Source of the DNA: Botryllus schlosseri
Taxonomy: Eukaryota
Length of the DNA stretch: 64,000 bases
Direction: 5' to 3'
Assembly: GCA_051294905.1 (NCBI GenBank)
Contig: CM119373.1
Location: 34,162,001-34,226,000, forward strand
Shown here: positions 1 through 13,612 of the stretch, piece by piece
Layout of the letters: the number at the start of each line of letters is the position of its first letter
How positions within the stretch are numbered: the first letter of the stretch is position 1
Made by a program: the position numbers and the translations under genes
The notes under the pieces: model-generated
What the model was told of the DNA's origin: nothing
Databases searched by the model: none
The model's input: only the letters and a program-made list of their open reading frames with translations

Positions 1-3000
1 TTAAAACACAATATTTAGATTTTTTCTCATACTAAATATAGTCGAATAGATTATTTTCTATATAGTTTCACTATTTATTTCCTGTAAATTCCGGGTCTAT
101 AATGTCTAGATTGCAGCAATGATACGTCACGCTATGTACCACTGACGATATGGTCGGTAAAGGCATGGCATATTACGGATTGCAGGATGTTTTCTTTGTA
201 AATTCGTGGTGTTCGACAGCTGCGGTCATTTACACAAAGCGCATATGTTCTGTCACCGAATCCACACCCTCAATTTGATAGCACGGAACACGTTAGATAT
301 ACTGACGATGAGGATTTATGTTAGGTGATACAAGGTCTACAGTTACATGCCACACAGTGCTTCCAACATATGTAGATATCCCCAGGTCATGCCGAGTATA
401 CATTTATCCTTATTGTCATGTACTCTACTGTATCATGTGATTATTTCTGTTTATTGCACTGCACCGCACCGGATTCAACGTATAATATTGGCTTTCAGCG
501 ATACGCGGAATGTAATGATACGATCTTCGCAGACGCGACTGAGATTTAGCAAACAGAACGGAATGTAATCAAATGACTTTTAGCAAATTAATCGACGCAT
601 TGCCATGGTAGCGAGAGGTCATGCTACTTTCGACAAGGTTATTTCCGTCGACTTCGACTTCCTCTTGCGGTGGTGTAGGCCGTTATCTCTCTTGTGTATT
701 ATCTCGTAAATAGGTAGAGTTTTAATTTCAATTTTACGGTACATTGTGATGATATGTGCTTGTTGTCAAAATATGTTGTGTGGCTTCAAGACAGCAATAG
801 TGCAGAGGTTCGTATACGCCTATACGGGGACCGGTAAGACACTAAACGGTCTGCGAGCTGGTTTTAGGTAATCCGTAAAAGGGCACCAAGAAGCGAGAAA
901 ACCAGATTATTCCTTGGGAATGGCACCGAGAGTGGGACTAGTCATTAGTTAGCATATTTTACGTGTGGTATAGCCCAACTAAACACGTTAAATCGAGATT
1001 GGGTCACAAAGCGCGAATACCCTTTTCATAGTCATTGACGTCTGAAATTTTCGGGGCTCACGCAACCATCCGCAAAACGCGAAGGGGTTCGCATTCAAGA
1101 AGGTTAAATAACCCCTGTTCTATAGGGGAATACGACCTGTCCTCTTGCCTTTTGACATTGAGTTAGCGAGTGCGATGCCCAAAATACATTTCGATACCCG
1201 CCTTTCTAATTCCTAATATCTTTGATATATATTATATAAGTTTCTGTCCATGTCACAAATACACCCAGGCACTAAAATAGAGGATGTCGAAATATTACAT
1301 CTTTCGATCGAATAAAGATGAAACTGTTTTATTGGAGGTTTAGTGTGACAAATAGTTGACAATTCTCACGTAGGCCAATACCACCATAACTAAGTATAGA
1401 GTCAAAATGGAACTCAGTTTATTGAACACACGCAAGACATAGCGTCGCGTCAAGCACAATGAATTATTTCAACATGATATTTCGAATTTCCGGCTTAGTG
1501 CCTTCAACGAGATCATGACATCTATAGCTATATCAATTAACTGACTTAAGATGAGACACGTGTTTCTAATCACCCGATTACGCTCTCATTACATGCGACC
1601 AAGTACAAAGTAAACGTAGTATGTGGTGATAATACACAATATACTACGTATGATTGATATTTGATACGAAACAAAATGACAGCTCCATATCCGTTCTATT
1701 CTCAACGCAAATGTTGCCGTTTCGATACTTTCGGGTGCAATATATCATTTCCCATGCTTCTTCGGCGAGATTTATGTTCTACACCAGAGTGATATCCTCC
1801 AAAATACATAGCTTTATAGTGGTGTCTAAAGTATATCTCGATCTTACGATGCGTATGATACGATGTGCTGATATTTCCATGTAAGAAATAAATAAATCAG
1901 AATTAAAATTGTTCTAATCACTTGACTGTATAGGAATTTCAAGGTTTGCTACAGTTACCGCAGCCCCACCACAGCAAAACCAAAGCTCTGTAGAATGTTG
2001 CAACGACGGAAATCGTCACAATTGGAAGCTTGAGTAGGGAGTTCTGTCGACAAATGCGGAATTTTAGCGGTGGGACTTTATGACGAGATATTACACCGGA
2101 GCCCAGCTGACGCGTGCCCACTGCCCAATGCCCATGTCTCAAATACTTCCCATATCTATTTGTCTTATCTTCACCTTGCAACGACGCGTTTTATTTGAAG
2201 CCATTTCACCGATGAAGATTATGAAACATTTGAAACAAGGGGTGAGATATCTCCCGAGACAGCTAGTGTGATGTGGCAAAGATTATTTGTCAGATGTGTT
2301 TTATCGAATATGCATCAACACAGCATATTTAGGATCATTATCATCCGATATCCGTACTGGCGCACGACTCGGTACCAAATTATCGTTTATTGATACACGA
2401 TATAACAAATGTTTGCAGATCTAAGGCTATTTTGATGTCGATTGCAAAGTGTCAGCCGACGACAGTCTTATATATTAAATTTCCTGAATTTGTGTGACAA
2501 CTGGTATACGCTTTCGAATTGTTGTTGTTTGCATTATCTTTATAATCCACGTCATTTTGCTTTACTTAACCTACTCATGACACTGATAAGTAGAATTATG
2601 AAGCTCCTTCCATATCACGATTTATGAGGCGATAAGAGGGTAACTATAGGATTTGACAATTACTTTCACTTCGACTTCTCTGACACAAAATGTGGGGCCA
2701 TTGTTTGAAAACATAGGCAGAGCACAAGACGGATCAAAAGGGTGGGGGATAATATTTCTTGACATGTCGACACTGGATATTGATACTGATCATTCCACAA
2801 TAAAAATCAAGCTCCACTCCTCCCTATTACATGCGATTCAGACTATACATGGTTGAATAGTATATTCCCATTGAAATGAACACGAATATTATCAGCTGAC
2901 ACTCGTCAATGGTAATCGCAAGCAACAAGTCGAGAATTGGAAATAACATTCTATGTCAATATATACAATGTTCTCTCCAATTCTCTACTAGTTTCTGGCA

Positions 3001-4260
3001 ATTGCCCCTGACGATTGTCATTTCGGGGTCAATTGAATATGAACATAGTATTCAATTGTATATTGAAGTTCTGTACCTCCAAGAAGTCCTCAACAACATA
3101 TTACGCATAGCAGTGGTATATTTGTGTATTCGTTAAGGTGTCAGTGTGATATTCTTATTACTAATTCCCCGACCCCCGAAGGAGGGTGAAGCATCATAGT
3201 AATGGAAACCGCTATTTTTCAAAGCAAACATTTCTTACATTTCCATAAAGTGAAGCCCTGTGAATGCGTGAGTTCGCATGAGCCTCTATAATTGAACAAG
3301 TCTGTTATGGCATGTTCACGCACATTCTCAACGACGTGATCTATTTGAACTTCGTAACACATGCATCAGTACCCGGCGATTTCACTGAAAGTACAAGACC
3401 GTATCAACGCACGATAATATCTTACACGCAAGCCGCCTTATGCTTTGCGGTTACGGCGGTCGCCCTTTTGTGGCATGCTTCAATTAGCTCGGCTTTTCTC
3501 GGAACTCATTCGGACTGCGTTGGCGTACTTGAGATCACGAGATAATGGTAGGTATGGTCACGTGTTTTTCGCCTCTCAGCATTGAAAATGGATAACGGCG
3601 TCATGTGATTCGGTATTTTGAGCTGACAAGACTCTCGTGTCGAGTTGTAAATCCCGCCTGCCGCAATGTATTTCTTTCTTCAATATATACCGTGGATATT
3701 GCCAAATAATTGATTTCACTCTAACATAATAGCTTAGCCAAGTAAGGTTTCTACCCTTTTTACTGAACCGACCGGTTATTGGGTAAGTTATCGACGTGGT
3801 AAAATTTTGCAAATCCACACGATGTCGGTGTGGAAAAAATACGGCGGTGGAAATGTGAGAACAGATTCCAGCAGGGCTGCAACCAAGTCACAAGATCCCG
3901 AGTAACAAGTCAATTCTACTTTTATAGTTTTGATTCGAGTCAAGTCGAGTCATTTTCAATTTTCCACCGAGCCAAGTGCGACCCCAAGTCGGGGTTCAAA
4001 GGTAGAGGGTCGAGCCCGCGTCACAGTGTTAACACTCGACACCGAGTCCAAGTCCTTATGTTCACTATTCATTTTAGAGTTCAATCCTGTTCAATTCATA
4101 TTTTTACAACTATCTTTGGGTGATATTGAATGCCTCGAAGTAATTTCCCCCACTTTACAATGTTTCTGACCCAATTTACTGAAACCAGTACTGATAGACG
4201 AAATAGCAATAATTACAATGAGATAGTACGTACTACTCTTCGAAGTTACAACGAACTACC

Positions 4261-5150
4261 CAGGGTTGTAATGACTCGAGTCATGACTCGACTCGAGTCC
4301 GACTCGAGTCACGATTTTCTGATGACTCGACTTGACTCGTGTCATTTTCTGAAAATACGGAAATGACTCGACTCGACTCGAGTCAATCCGCGTATTGACT
4401 CGACTTGGACTCGAGTCATTGTGCATGACTCGGACCAAGTCATATGACTCGAGACTCAGACGGCCAAGACCGACATGTCATTGTAATTTCGAAGAGAAGT
4501 AAAGTAACCACACTCTTTGGGATATCGTCTATTCGTAGTGGTACTTGAAAATGCGTCCATAAACTGCTAAAAGTGAGGAAAACTAGCAAATTATAAATGC
4601 GAAGTAATCGATATGACCAAACAGAGTTATAAAAGATGGGTTTAACAAGACTTTAACTGGAAACTTGTGGCGAGATAGCGCAGTGGTATAATCCGCGGCT
4701 GCAACACCAATGGGTGCGGGTTCGAGTCCGACCGAGGTCGACTTCTGAATTTCGATACCTAAGTGTTGGAGGTTTACCTAGGCTCCTCCTCGCCACCTCA
4801 TCCACGTCAGCGGTGTCTTACAAAAAGCCTAGAGGTGGGCCGTGCTATAAGTCGGCAGTTACGGAAAATAAGAAGAATATCGGCCTGGTGTAAATGACCA
4901 TAGTAGTCGACAAACACCATGAATACCCCAAACAAACAAACAAACAAACTGGAAACTGAGCTGTCAACACCATGACTTGGACTCGGACTCGAGTCATAAT
5001 ACAATGACTCAGACTCGACCCTCTGCTCGATGACTTGGACTCGGACTTGACTCGGGGGTGAAATGAAAATGAATCGACTTGAGTCGAGTCAAAACTATAA
5101 AAGTGAGATTGACTTGTGACTCGGAGCCATGTGACTTGGTTATAACCCTG
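4261..5150. mobile_element. GACTCGAGTC-rich hAT-type MITE
   Basis: TIR CAGGGTTGTAA/TTATAACCCTG; 8-bp TSD GAACTACC/GAACTACT; subterminal GACTC/GAGTC arrays. Confidence 0.85.
4666..4946 (+). mobile_element. tRNA-derived SINE family A, full length
   Basis: A box TAGCGCAGTGG, B box GGTTCGAGTCC, (CAAA)n tail, perfect 11-bp TSD AACTGGAAACT (4655-4665 / 4947-4957). Confidence 0.88.
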
Positions 5151-6620
5151 GAACTACTTGTCTTGGCCGTCCGAGTCTCGAGTCATATGGCGTGGTCAAG
5201 TCGTGCTCCTTGACTCGAGTACAAGTTGAGTCAATGTAGAAATTGCCACATTTTCCATTACAACCCTGATCGTGTTATCCTTCTTTTCATCAATTCCAAG
5301 AATTGCAATGAAGTGATGGATCTGACAGAAAAACCACTGCTTTGAATTTCATCACGAAGATAGTAGTTTTTCGATTTCTTTGCATCTCTTTTACCATGGG
5401 CATCAAATAACAGTCAGTCGCGGCAACAGAAAACAATTTCGAAAACTTCACCCGTCTGTGGCATGATTACTCATCCCGCGATAACCAAAAAGCTGCATTT
5501 TGTCATTGAAAACCTCATCGTAATCTACATTTTCAAAAAAGTTATCTCAGTAATTTTCATACCTTTTCAATCCACGCTACTACTTCAAGTACTTTTGTCA
5601 TGTGAATATCGCTACTATGCATGTAACTAAGTATCATCAATCATGCGCGAGACATTCTTAATCGTAGAGATATAGCAAACAACAAGGCACCATTGAATAC
5701 GCTGGCCTTGCAGATATAACCAAATTTTTTAAATAATAGTCGCCGTAACGAAACACCCCATCATACGCATTTTAAGGAGAGGAAAATTGCTGTTTATATT
5801 TCGATGCCAATCATAATATCCACTGTGTGGTCTTCAAATGATGCGAGATTGAAGTTTTATACCGTAAAATCTTGCTCGAGTCATGAATTGAAGAAAGCCC
5901 GTCTGACACAGATAGAGTCTCGGAGATTGCGATGGTTATCGCCGTATTGTAGTTGCCATCAAAACCCTATTTCAAGCCACGATATTATCTTGCAGCAATG
6001 GGAGTGCGTCAAGAAATTATAATATTGCATGACATTAGCATTGACGTGGAAAAGATGCGATATCAAGACCCGAATCTATAAGTCGTAAAACGAGATAGAA
6101 ACGCAGGCGTTTATAACCGCCTTTGCAGGTCACGTATTCGCTATTAAATTACGCAGTCTTCCCGCACAGAATATTATCCGACCGCAAATTATCAACGGGA
6201 AATCGGAAAATTTGGGCAACTCGCCCGTTACAACGGTTTTGAGATGGGTCCCTCGGCTCCTAATGACTTATTATTACAGACAGCTATTTACGGTACAATA
6301 CAATTGCAGAATATGTGGAATTAGGGAGCTTTTCGTAGAGCCGATAACTTGATTGGCATTTCTTTGGTTGTTGGCCAACGATCCTCGTGTAATCTGGAAG
6401 GACAGCAATCGAAATCAGGACTCTGACCAACATTTGACGTTCACGTTTCAGGTTAACAAAGGTAGAGACCCTTCCGATGTGGCCCGTACAATTTCCTCCA
6501 CGTGTCCATATAACCTCCTTATTTTTGCGAGCAACTCGTGTCCAAAACCAGAAGTTGCGTTTGCTTCGTTGGTTTCAATTTTTTTATGATACGTATTGGG
6601 TGTAAATATTGAACACATTT

Positions 6621-6884
6621 GTTGTTGTTTGTAGGATTCATAGTGTTGGTCGACTACTATGGTCATTGACACCAGGCCAGTTATCTTCATTTTTTATTCC
6701 GTAGCTGCCGACTTGTAGCACGGCCAACTTCTAGGCTTTTATAAGACACCGCTAACACGGATGAGATTCCGAGAACGAGCCCAGATAAACCTCCAACAGA
6801 ATTCCGGAGTCAACCACGGTTGGACTCGAACCCGCAACCCATTAGTGTTGTAGCTGGGGATTATACGCTACGCCATTTCGCCAC
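6621..6884 (-). mobile_element. SINE family A
   Basis: Reverse-complement homology to 4666-4946; TSD ATTGAACACATTT/ATTCAACACATTT (12/13). Confidence 0.85.
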
Positions 6885-7757
6885 ATTCAACACATTTCAA
6901 GACTAGTATTTTAAATCGTTTCCTTGGAATGTAACTGTGACCTTACATAGCAACACCGAACGGGAGAAATGAATTATGATATCATTCGGAAACAACAGAA
7001 TAATCTGTGACAATGAGATATGGTTTGAGGCGAGGTATGTACGGGAATTTTCTCAGCACAAACATAAATAATCTTATAATTACGCATGCTTTGGTTCACA
7101 ACTATAGTATCGGATGTGGTGAAACCAATCACATCTCACAACATGTCGGCGAGCCAGTCGTATTGTATCTCGACTCAACTGGCACACGTCATCATTTTAG
7201 GTCTGACCAATAGTTTATGATTTCGAAATTGGGATAGGATGTCGCGTTATCTCGACAAGCTCGCGTGTAATAACGTCGAATTACATCGTATCAGATTCTG
7301 CGAAAGAAATGAAATCGATTTTATCGACACGAGTATTACTGGGTTCAGATATTGCCGGAATAATGTGCATCTCGCCGCGAATGAAATTTTAATCCATCGT
7401 ACACCCAAATACATTATTTTTTAGGTATGCGGCGGCTGAACAAGCGCGTTCAGGCCGAAGTGGTCAAGGTAGTCACATATAGTACTAAAGAAGTCGCACC
7501 AACAACAAACTTCCGCTGCATTATAAGTAGAAATATCCAAGATACGCCTGAACTCCTTTAAATGGAAGCAGAAAATAGAGGTCTACCAAATACTCAAGTG
7601 AGGAGTTTCAAACAGTAGATTTGTTCGAGGCATCATAAGCGTTTAGCAGTTAATCGGAGATGGCCACCTTGGAAATCAAAAAATCGATCTTCGCGACTAA
7701 CGCCAAATGAACAATGTACCGCAAATACGTGCAATTTTCTAAAATAGGTTCAGTTAG

Positions 7758-8076
7758 CAGGAGAGGGCAACATACGGCCCGCGGGCCGGACCCGCAGCCA
7801 GAGTTCAAAGAGCTTGTTGAGAACTTGATCGACCACAGATGTCTCATTGACTTCAAGAGCTATTGAAGTAGACCTATACAAAAAGTTAATAAATTCATTA
7901 AATACTGTTTTTGGTGTCTGTGCTTTAAACTTAAAGTTTACATTAAATACGTTTTATACTTTGTATAGGTGGATAATTATACGCGATTTATGTATCGATT
8001 CAGGAATCCGACACGCCAAGTAGGCTACTTAGTTTTCCCTTATCAGGCCCGCCGACTGTAGAAGTTGCTCGCCCCT
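7758..8076. mobile_element. Charlie/MER20-like hAT MITE
   Basis: Ends CAGGAGAGGGCAACATACGGCCCGCGGG / GTTGCTCGCCCCT; same family as 20878-21470 in opposite orientation. Confidence 0.6.
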
Positions 8077-8904
8077 CAGTCATAGGGATACAGGGGCTAT
8101 TTTGCTCAGTTGTTATGTCAACACCATTCGCAGAAGAGGTTCAAACATATCCCGAAACTATTCTTGACTCTACGAAATCCTAAAGTGTATAAAATGTTTG
8201 CTCAAGATACTGCTAAGTAGAAGTGGCAGTTGTCCAATAGCAGTTGTGTAAGTAGTTGAGGTAGGCAATATCTAATTGAGTTCTGCGAAAAAGTAGAAGT
8301 ACTTCGATACTGGTCACCTTTGACATCGCCCCTATTCTCATACACATCATGCACCACCCCACCCCGAAGGACAATTTTAATACATTTCCAACAGTTTGAT
8401 TCGTTTTGCAACCGTTTCTGTGAGTAATACAAGGAAATCAGTGAATGATTCTCACATTAGTAACTAAGGTGTTATATATGAAGTTTAGCAGACACGAAAT
8501 ACGTTCAGCTGCTCGATAATTTCTTATCGTCACGACCATAACAAACAAGTCGTCACTCCGACAGCGAAAGTTTAAATATAAGTCATGACAAGCTCCAATT
8601 ATTTGCGATTGCTTTGGCGATTACGCGGAAGCTTGTAATATTTCCGCGTGGAAGATAAGATTATCTTTGTAAATATTTACCGGTTGGAATTAGTAGTGCG
8701 TTCGTGTGAATGGCGAGATCATCGCGACCGGGAAATGAGAATGACCTCTTTGGCATAATCGTCAGTGTTGCAACAATGCGAGCTGTTTTCGCCACTGCAA
8801 TACAACTGAGAGAGGTACGATTGATGGTTGAGATAAGGAAGGCTCCAATAGGTGAGAGCCTTGTGATGTATGTGTAAAAATCTCTTCCACGAGACTGCCT
8901 ATAG

Positions 8905-10113
8905 CAGTGGTCGGGAACCTTTTTGGTCCAAAGAGCCATATTGGCCCTATTTTTTCCATTTTAACTCCCAAAGAGCCAGACATGCCAATCAACTGTTACG
9001 TCACAATTGGAAATCCGTGCCGTCATTGTAGCACTAATTCGAACTCACTATACATGGGATTCGTCGTGGGCGCCAAATTTTCTCTGTAAAACCTCGTACT
9101 AATCATGCTGGTTGCCTTATTTCAGCATGCGAAACTTGAGTTACGATAAAGTAGGTTCGTCCTGATGATCCTTTTAAATGCGAGAACTCATGATCACATA
9201 TGTAGGTGGAGCCAAACATGGTGACTGCAAAAGTGTATAGGCCTACTCACTGCGTAAGCTCTGATACATCAGGGACGTGGGGTTAGGGGAGACAAATGAG
9301 GCAGTGCCTCCCTGTTGTCAGGGTGAGTGAACGAATGACTTAGAATGACTAGATTTTGAATATTTTTCTCCCAAATTCACATAATTTGCATATTTATCGT
9401 TCGAAAATAAAGCGCGAAACTACAGGTAAGGCACAGACGGGCCAAGCCTCACCATCGATAACGCGATTAATGGTAAATAGTTTAATATTTATTAGAACTG
9501 ATATTAATCGAATGTAGCTGTCTCACAGATTCCGAAAATCTATTAGTGATCGATTTCTCAATTCTCAAAGTATTCGGCGGTAACATAACGTTGCGCTGCA
9601 CGCCTACATTTTATTGCAGGTACCACAGGGCTACTTATCAATCAAGCTATGGTGTTCTTTGTAATTGTGAATGTCACGTCCACGGCAATTCAATTCGCAC
9701 CGCAGATCAGGAGGACAATCTGTCATTGGAAAATGTGTTGTCATATGGACCCCGTCGCCATGTGCGCTATTTTCTTTGCTCAATCAACATATCGCACAAT
9801 CCATGGTTTCGAGTAGGGTGCATCGAATTCGCGAGTTGCCGAGTGGTATTAGTCGCCGGCGCGACAGGAACTTGAATTTGAGGATTTTGAAAAGAGGGAT
9901 TCCGAGCACTTAAACCGGAAGACGGCATTGTCTTTACCTCTCAAAGACATGTTTATACTGCCACGAGAATAATTATTCTGGCAGTGATGGAAATTTAGTA
10001 ACAAATTGGTGCGATATTGATCAATTCAGTACAAAAAAATATTTGGCAAAGAGCCATATCTTACACCCAAAAGAGCCATATATGGCTCGCGAGCCATAGG
10101 TTCCCGACCACTG
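8905..10113. mobile_element. Charlie-like hAT non-autonomous element
   Basis: Perfect 15-bp TIR CAGTGGTCGGGAACC; perfect 8-bp TSD GCCTATAG. Confidence 0.9.
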
Positions 10114-10304
10114 GCCTATAGGCTAATGATCGACGATGGTGTCATGTGACTCTTTGGTTCAATGCCGCATCGCGAACGGTGGATATACGGTGTTAGGTTG
10201 GGGACAACCGAATTCACTGGTAACCCAACATCCATATTCCAAAATACGTGGTTGGCAACATAAATATATCTTTATGATAATATTGCAGATGTCAAAGTAA
10301 AATG

Positions 10305-10845
10305 CAGGGTGGTAACCAAGTCGCAAGGCCCCTAGTCACAAGTCAATCTCACTTTTATAGTTTTGACCAGAGCCAAGTCGAGTCATTTTCAATCCACCAC
10401 CGAGTCAAGTCCGAGTCCAAGTCAGCTAGCAGAGGGTCGATTCCGAGTCATGGTATCATGACGCGATTCCCAGTCCAAGTCATTGTGTTGACTGCTCAGT
10501 TTCCGGTTAAAGTCTTGTTAAACCCACTTTTTATAACTCTGTTTGGTGATATCGAATGGTTCGATTTTTCCACACTTTTAGCAGTTTATGGTCGAATTTT
10601 CGAGTAGGCTACAGGTACCATTAGACGAATCCCAATAGTGTGGTTACTTGGTTACTTTACTTTTCTTCGAGATTACAATGAAATGTCTGTCTTGGCCGTC
10701 TGCGTCTCAAGTCATGCGCAATGACTCGAGTCCAAGTCGAGTCAATTCACAGATTGACTCGAGTCATGTCGAGTCATTTCCGTGTTTTGAGAAAATGACT
10801 CGAGTCAATTCAAGTCATCAGAAAATCGTGACTCGACCCGAATGT
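10305..10845. mobile_element. GACTCGAGTC-rich hAT-type MITE, one end disrupted
   Basis: Starts CAGGGTGGTAACC; internal homology to 4261-5150 in reverse orientation. Confidence 0.7.
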
Positions 10846-12590
10846 ACAAGATCCCCTGGCCGTCCTTAGGTAAATCTTTCTTTGCCTACTCGCGATCTTA
10901 CAGATTTTATAAAGGAGACGTTTTAGGATCTTTGCGATCTTGATCAGTTGTAATTGTATAGAAAACTAGATAAATTTCAGCTTTTCCAAATTTGATTAGA
11001 AGAAGAATTACTGAATTCACAAAAACTTGGAAATTAAATTGAGCTCCGAATTAGGAAGAAATACCAAAATAATCAAGTTCAATTCATACCAAATCATTCA
11101 CATGAGCATACGAATGGCAAATGTCTGTACTTTGTACACCAAGTCTGCATCGTATCGCACTATACAGCTCTCATGTAGCATTTCAGGATAGCTGAGTTAA
11201 TATTATACTACAGAAACATTTCACAAATAAGATTAGAATTAAATTATCGACATGTCGCTTTAATTAAGCAACTATAGATGGACATTGCCTCGTGAAACAA
11301 TAGCGATCAAATGGGGACCGATTAGATGGCGATAGACGACTGTGTTTGTTGCATTTCGATGAAGAAACACTTCAATCAACACAGAACGAATATTACAATC
11401 TACGCATGTAGCCACTTGAAAAATAAATTGCCATATCGCACAGTACCGGTCGTTATTGCCCAGAAATCAGACACGCTAAGCTGTCGAAAACGCGCTAACG
11501 GAAGCATCAATGAGGATGAATTGTTAAGCATTGTTCTACACGAGATAAGTCAATGTATCTTTTGAGCTCAAACACACATTCCTTTAGTAATGATGACCTT
11601 TTAATAGACGCGTAGATTTGGCCGGTATTACGGCGCATAAGAACTCGTAAAACATATATTTGTTTCGTCATCATGTTAATCCGGAGAGGCATTTTCATAC
11701 TCTGATGACTTATCGGATCATAACATCACGTTTTTCGTCGGTTTTTCCGAGAAAACCTGGAAACATAATAATCTCTCTCGAGAAGAGACGGGATAAGAGG
11801 TTAACCGACTATGATTCGACATCAACCAGCCATTTAACGACCGTAATAGCAACCTTCACGCCTATTTCGCTAGCTTGATTTTCTATTCCAAATATGTGAT
11901 TCTCACGTGTGTCAGACGATAAGTAGGTCAGATTTAGTATGCTGCAGAAATTATTGGAGAGACGAATATGGAAAATGTAATTTACAACCAAATTTAAAAA
12001 CAATTAGCTGTGAAGGTATACCGCATATATTTTTATTCGATACAGTCGTGCTCGTAAAGTAACGTGGAATTATAATGAGTAAAGTACTTTCCGCAAGAAA
12101 TAAAATCGTCAAAATAATTAGCATCCACATCTATAATATACCTGGTGCAAAGTACTATATGAGAGGGAAGATAACAATCGAATACTGAAAATCATAACAG
12201 TCATCATGTGTCGCCACAAATATAAATGTTATCGGAAGAATCAATATCATAAATAACGCACCTTCCGGTACCAAACCACGTTCCATTCGTTTTATTCACA
12301 TTCTTGTCGCAATATCAAACAAAGGCTTGAATTAATATCTTATTCATTTGCGAAATATTTGTAGCTAATAGCTAATAAAGCAATAGGAAGGTTTACGGAG
12401 AAGTCGAATACACTTTTGTGAGGTTTCTTTAGCACATCGGAAATGTTAAGATTTCTGATTATTAGGCAGCAGGAATTATATATGACTTTGGGTAATTCCA
12501 AATAAATGCTATTCTTTATTACTTCGGTGTTACATTTTCATTGGGCGCAATAGTTTCATTGGGCGTAATATATTCTCTAAACCAGTGCTC

Positions 12591-12869
12591 TTTTTTTGTT
12601 CGTTTTGTGGTATTCGTGGTATTTGTCGACTACTATGATCACCAGGCCGATACGCGTCATTTCTTTCCGTAACTGCCACCTTCTAGCACGGCCGCCACAC
12701 TTCTAGGCTGTTTGTAAGACACCGGCTTACGTGGACGAGGTGGCGAGGAGGAGCCTAGATAAACCTCCGACATTTCGGCATAGGAATTCTGAAGTCGACC
12801 TCGCTCGGACTCGAACCCGCACCTTTTGGTGTCGCAACGGCGGATTATACCACTGCGCTATCTCGCCAC
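12591..12869 (-). mobile_element. SINE family A
   Basis: Full head (reverse A/B boxes at 12805-12869), body and tail homologous to 4666-4946. Confidence 0.85.
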
Positions 12870-12877
12870 TGCTAAAT

Positions 12878-13612
12878 CAGGGCTGTAATGGCTCGAGTAA
12901 TGAATTCACTCAAGTCGGACTTGAGTCGCAATTTTCCGTTGAATCGACTTGAATTGAGTCATATTCTAAAGAATGGTAAATGGCTCGACTCGACTTGAGT
13001 AGATTTATGTATTGACTCGACTTGTGCTCGAGTTATTGCGCATGTCACGACCATGCCATATGACTCGAGATATTCTATATGACTTATTCAAGTTTCGTGT
13101 ATCAGAACCTGCCATGGAAAATTACTCCAGAAACTGAGTTTTATCTGATCGAATAAGCACGTTAAGAGTAGGAAAAACGGGTACAGCTTGATTGCTAAGC
13201 TTTCGATACCACCGAAGAGTTTCACATAAGGGAATTGAACCGGACTTGATCTCAATAATGAATAGTCAACACCATATGACTTGGACTCGGACTCGACCCG
13301 TTGCTCACCCTGACTTGAAATCGGACTTGACTCGGTGGTGAATTGAAAACGTCTCGACTTGTCTCGAGTCCAAACTATATGAAAGTTAAATAGACTTGTG
13401 GCCAATGTTCCCTCTAAGCTGCGCAGGTGCGCAAATGCGCAGTGCTGACACTCTGCGCACAAAAAAAATCAGAAGTTATGGACTTATTTTTAGCCGTTAC
13501 GCACTGTTGTCCACGGGCCTGCGCAGTGATTTGGTGAGTGTGCGCAGACTCTTCAAAAATTAGACGGAGCATTGCTTGTGACTAAGAACCTTGTAACTTG
13601 GTTACAACCCTT
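12878..13612. mobile_element. GACTCGAGTC-rich hAT-type MITE
   Basis: CAGGGCTGTAATG..TTACAACCCT ends; interrupted by 13403-13574. Confidence 0.75.
13403..13574. mobile_element. TGCGCA-rich hAT-type MITE
   Basis: Imperfect TIR CAATGTTCCTCTAA/TTAGACGGAGCATTG; TSD CTTGTGGC/CTTGTGAC; a related degenerate copy lies at about 55147-55343. Confidence 0.8.

Larger units (their letters stand above)
3872..5268. mobile_element. GACTCGAGTC-rich hAT-type MITE (outer copy of a nest)
   Basis: Ends CAGGGCTGCAA..TTACAACCCTG; internal sequence continues on both sides of the 4261-5150 insertion; no TSD found. Confidence 0.6.

Noticed and set aside
347-3818. Short ORFs at the window start and the many other 60-110 aa ORFs in the track
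   Set aside because: Lengths are as expected by chance with alternative starts; no motifs; many overlap repeats.
4261-4460. CRISPR-like array from GACTCGAGTC repeats (also the TATGG arrays at 20050-20190 and 21720-21849, and CATTACCGAGAATGGA at 23785-24120)
   Set aside because: No constant repeat with unique spacers and no cas genes; the repeats are subterminal arrays inside TIR/TSD-bounded elements.
4666-4745. tRNA-Cys gene (and equivalents at the other family-A and family-B heads)
   Set aside because: A/B boxes are present but acceptor and anticodon stems do not pair properly, and each head is fused to a common body, tail and TSD. These are SINEs.
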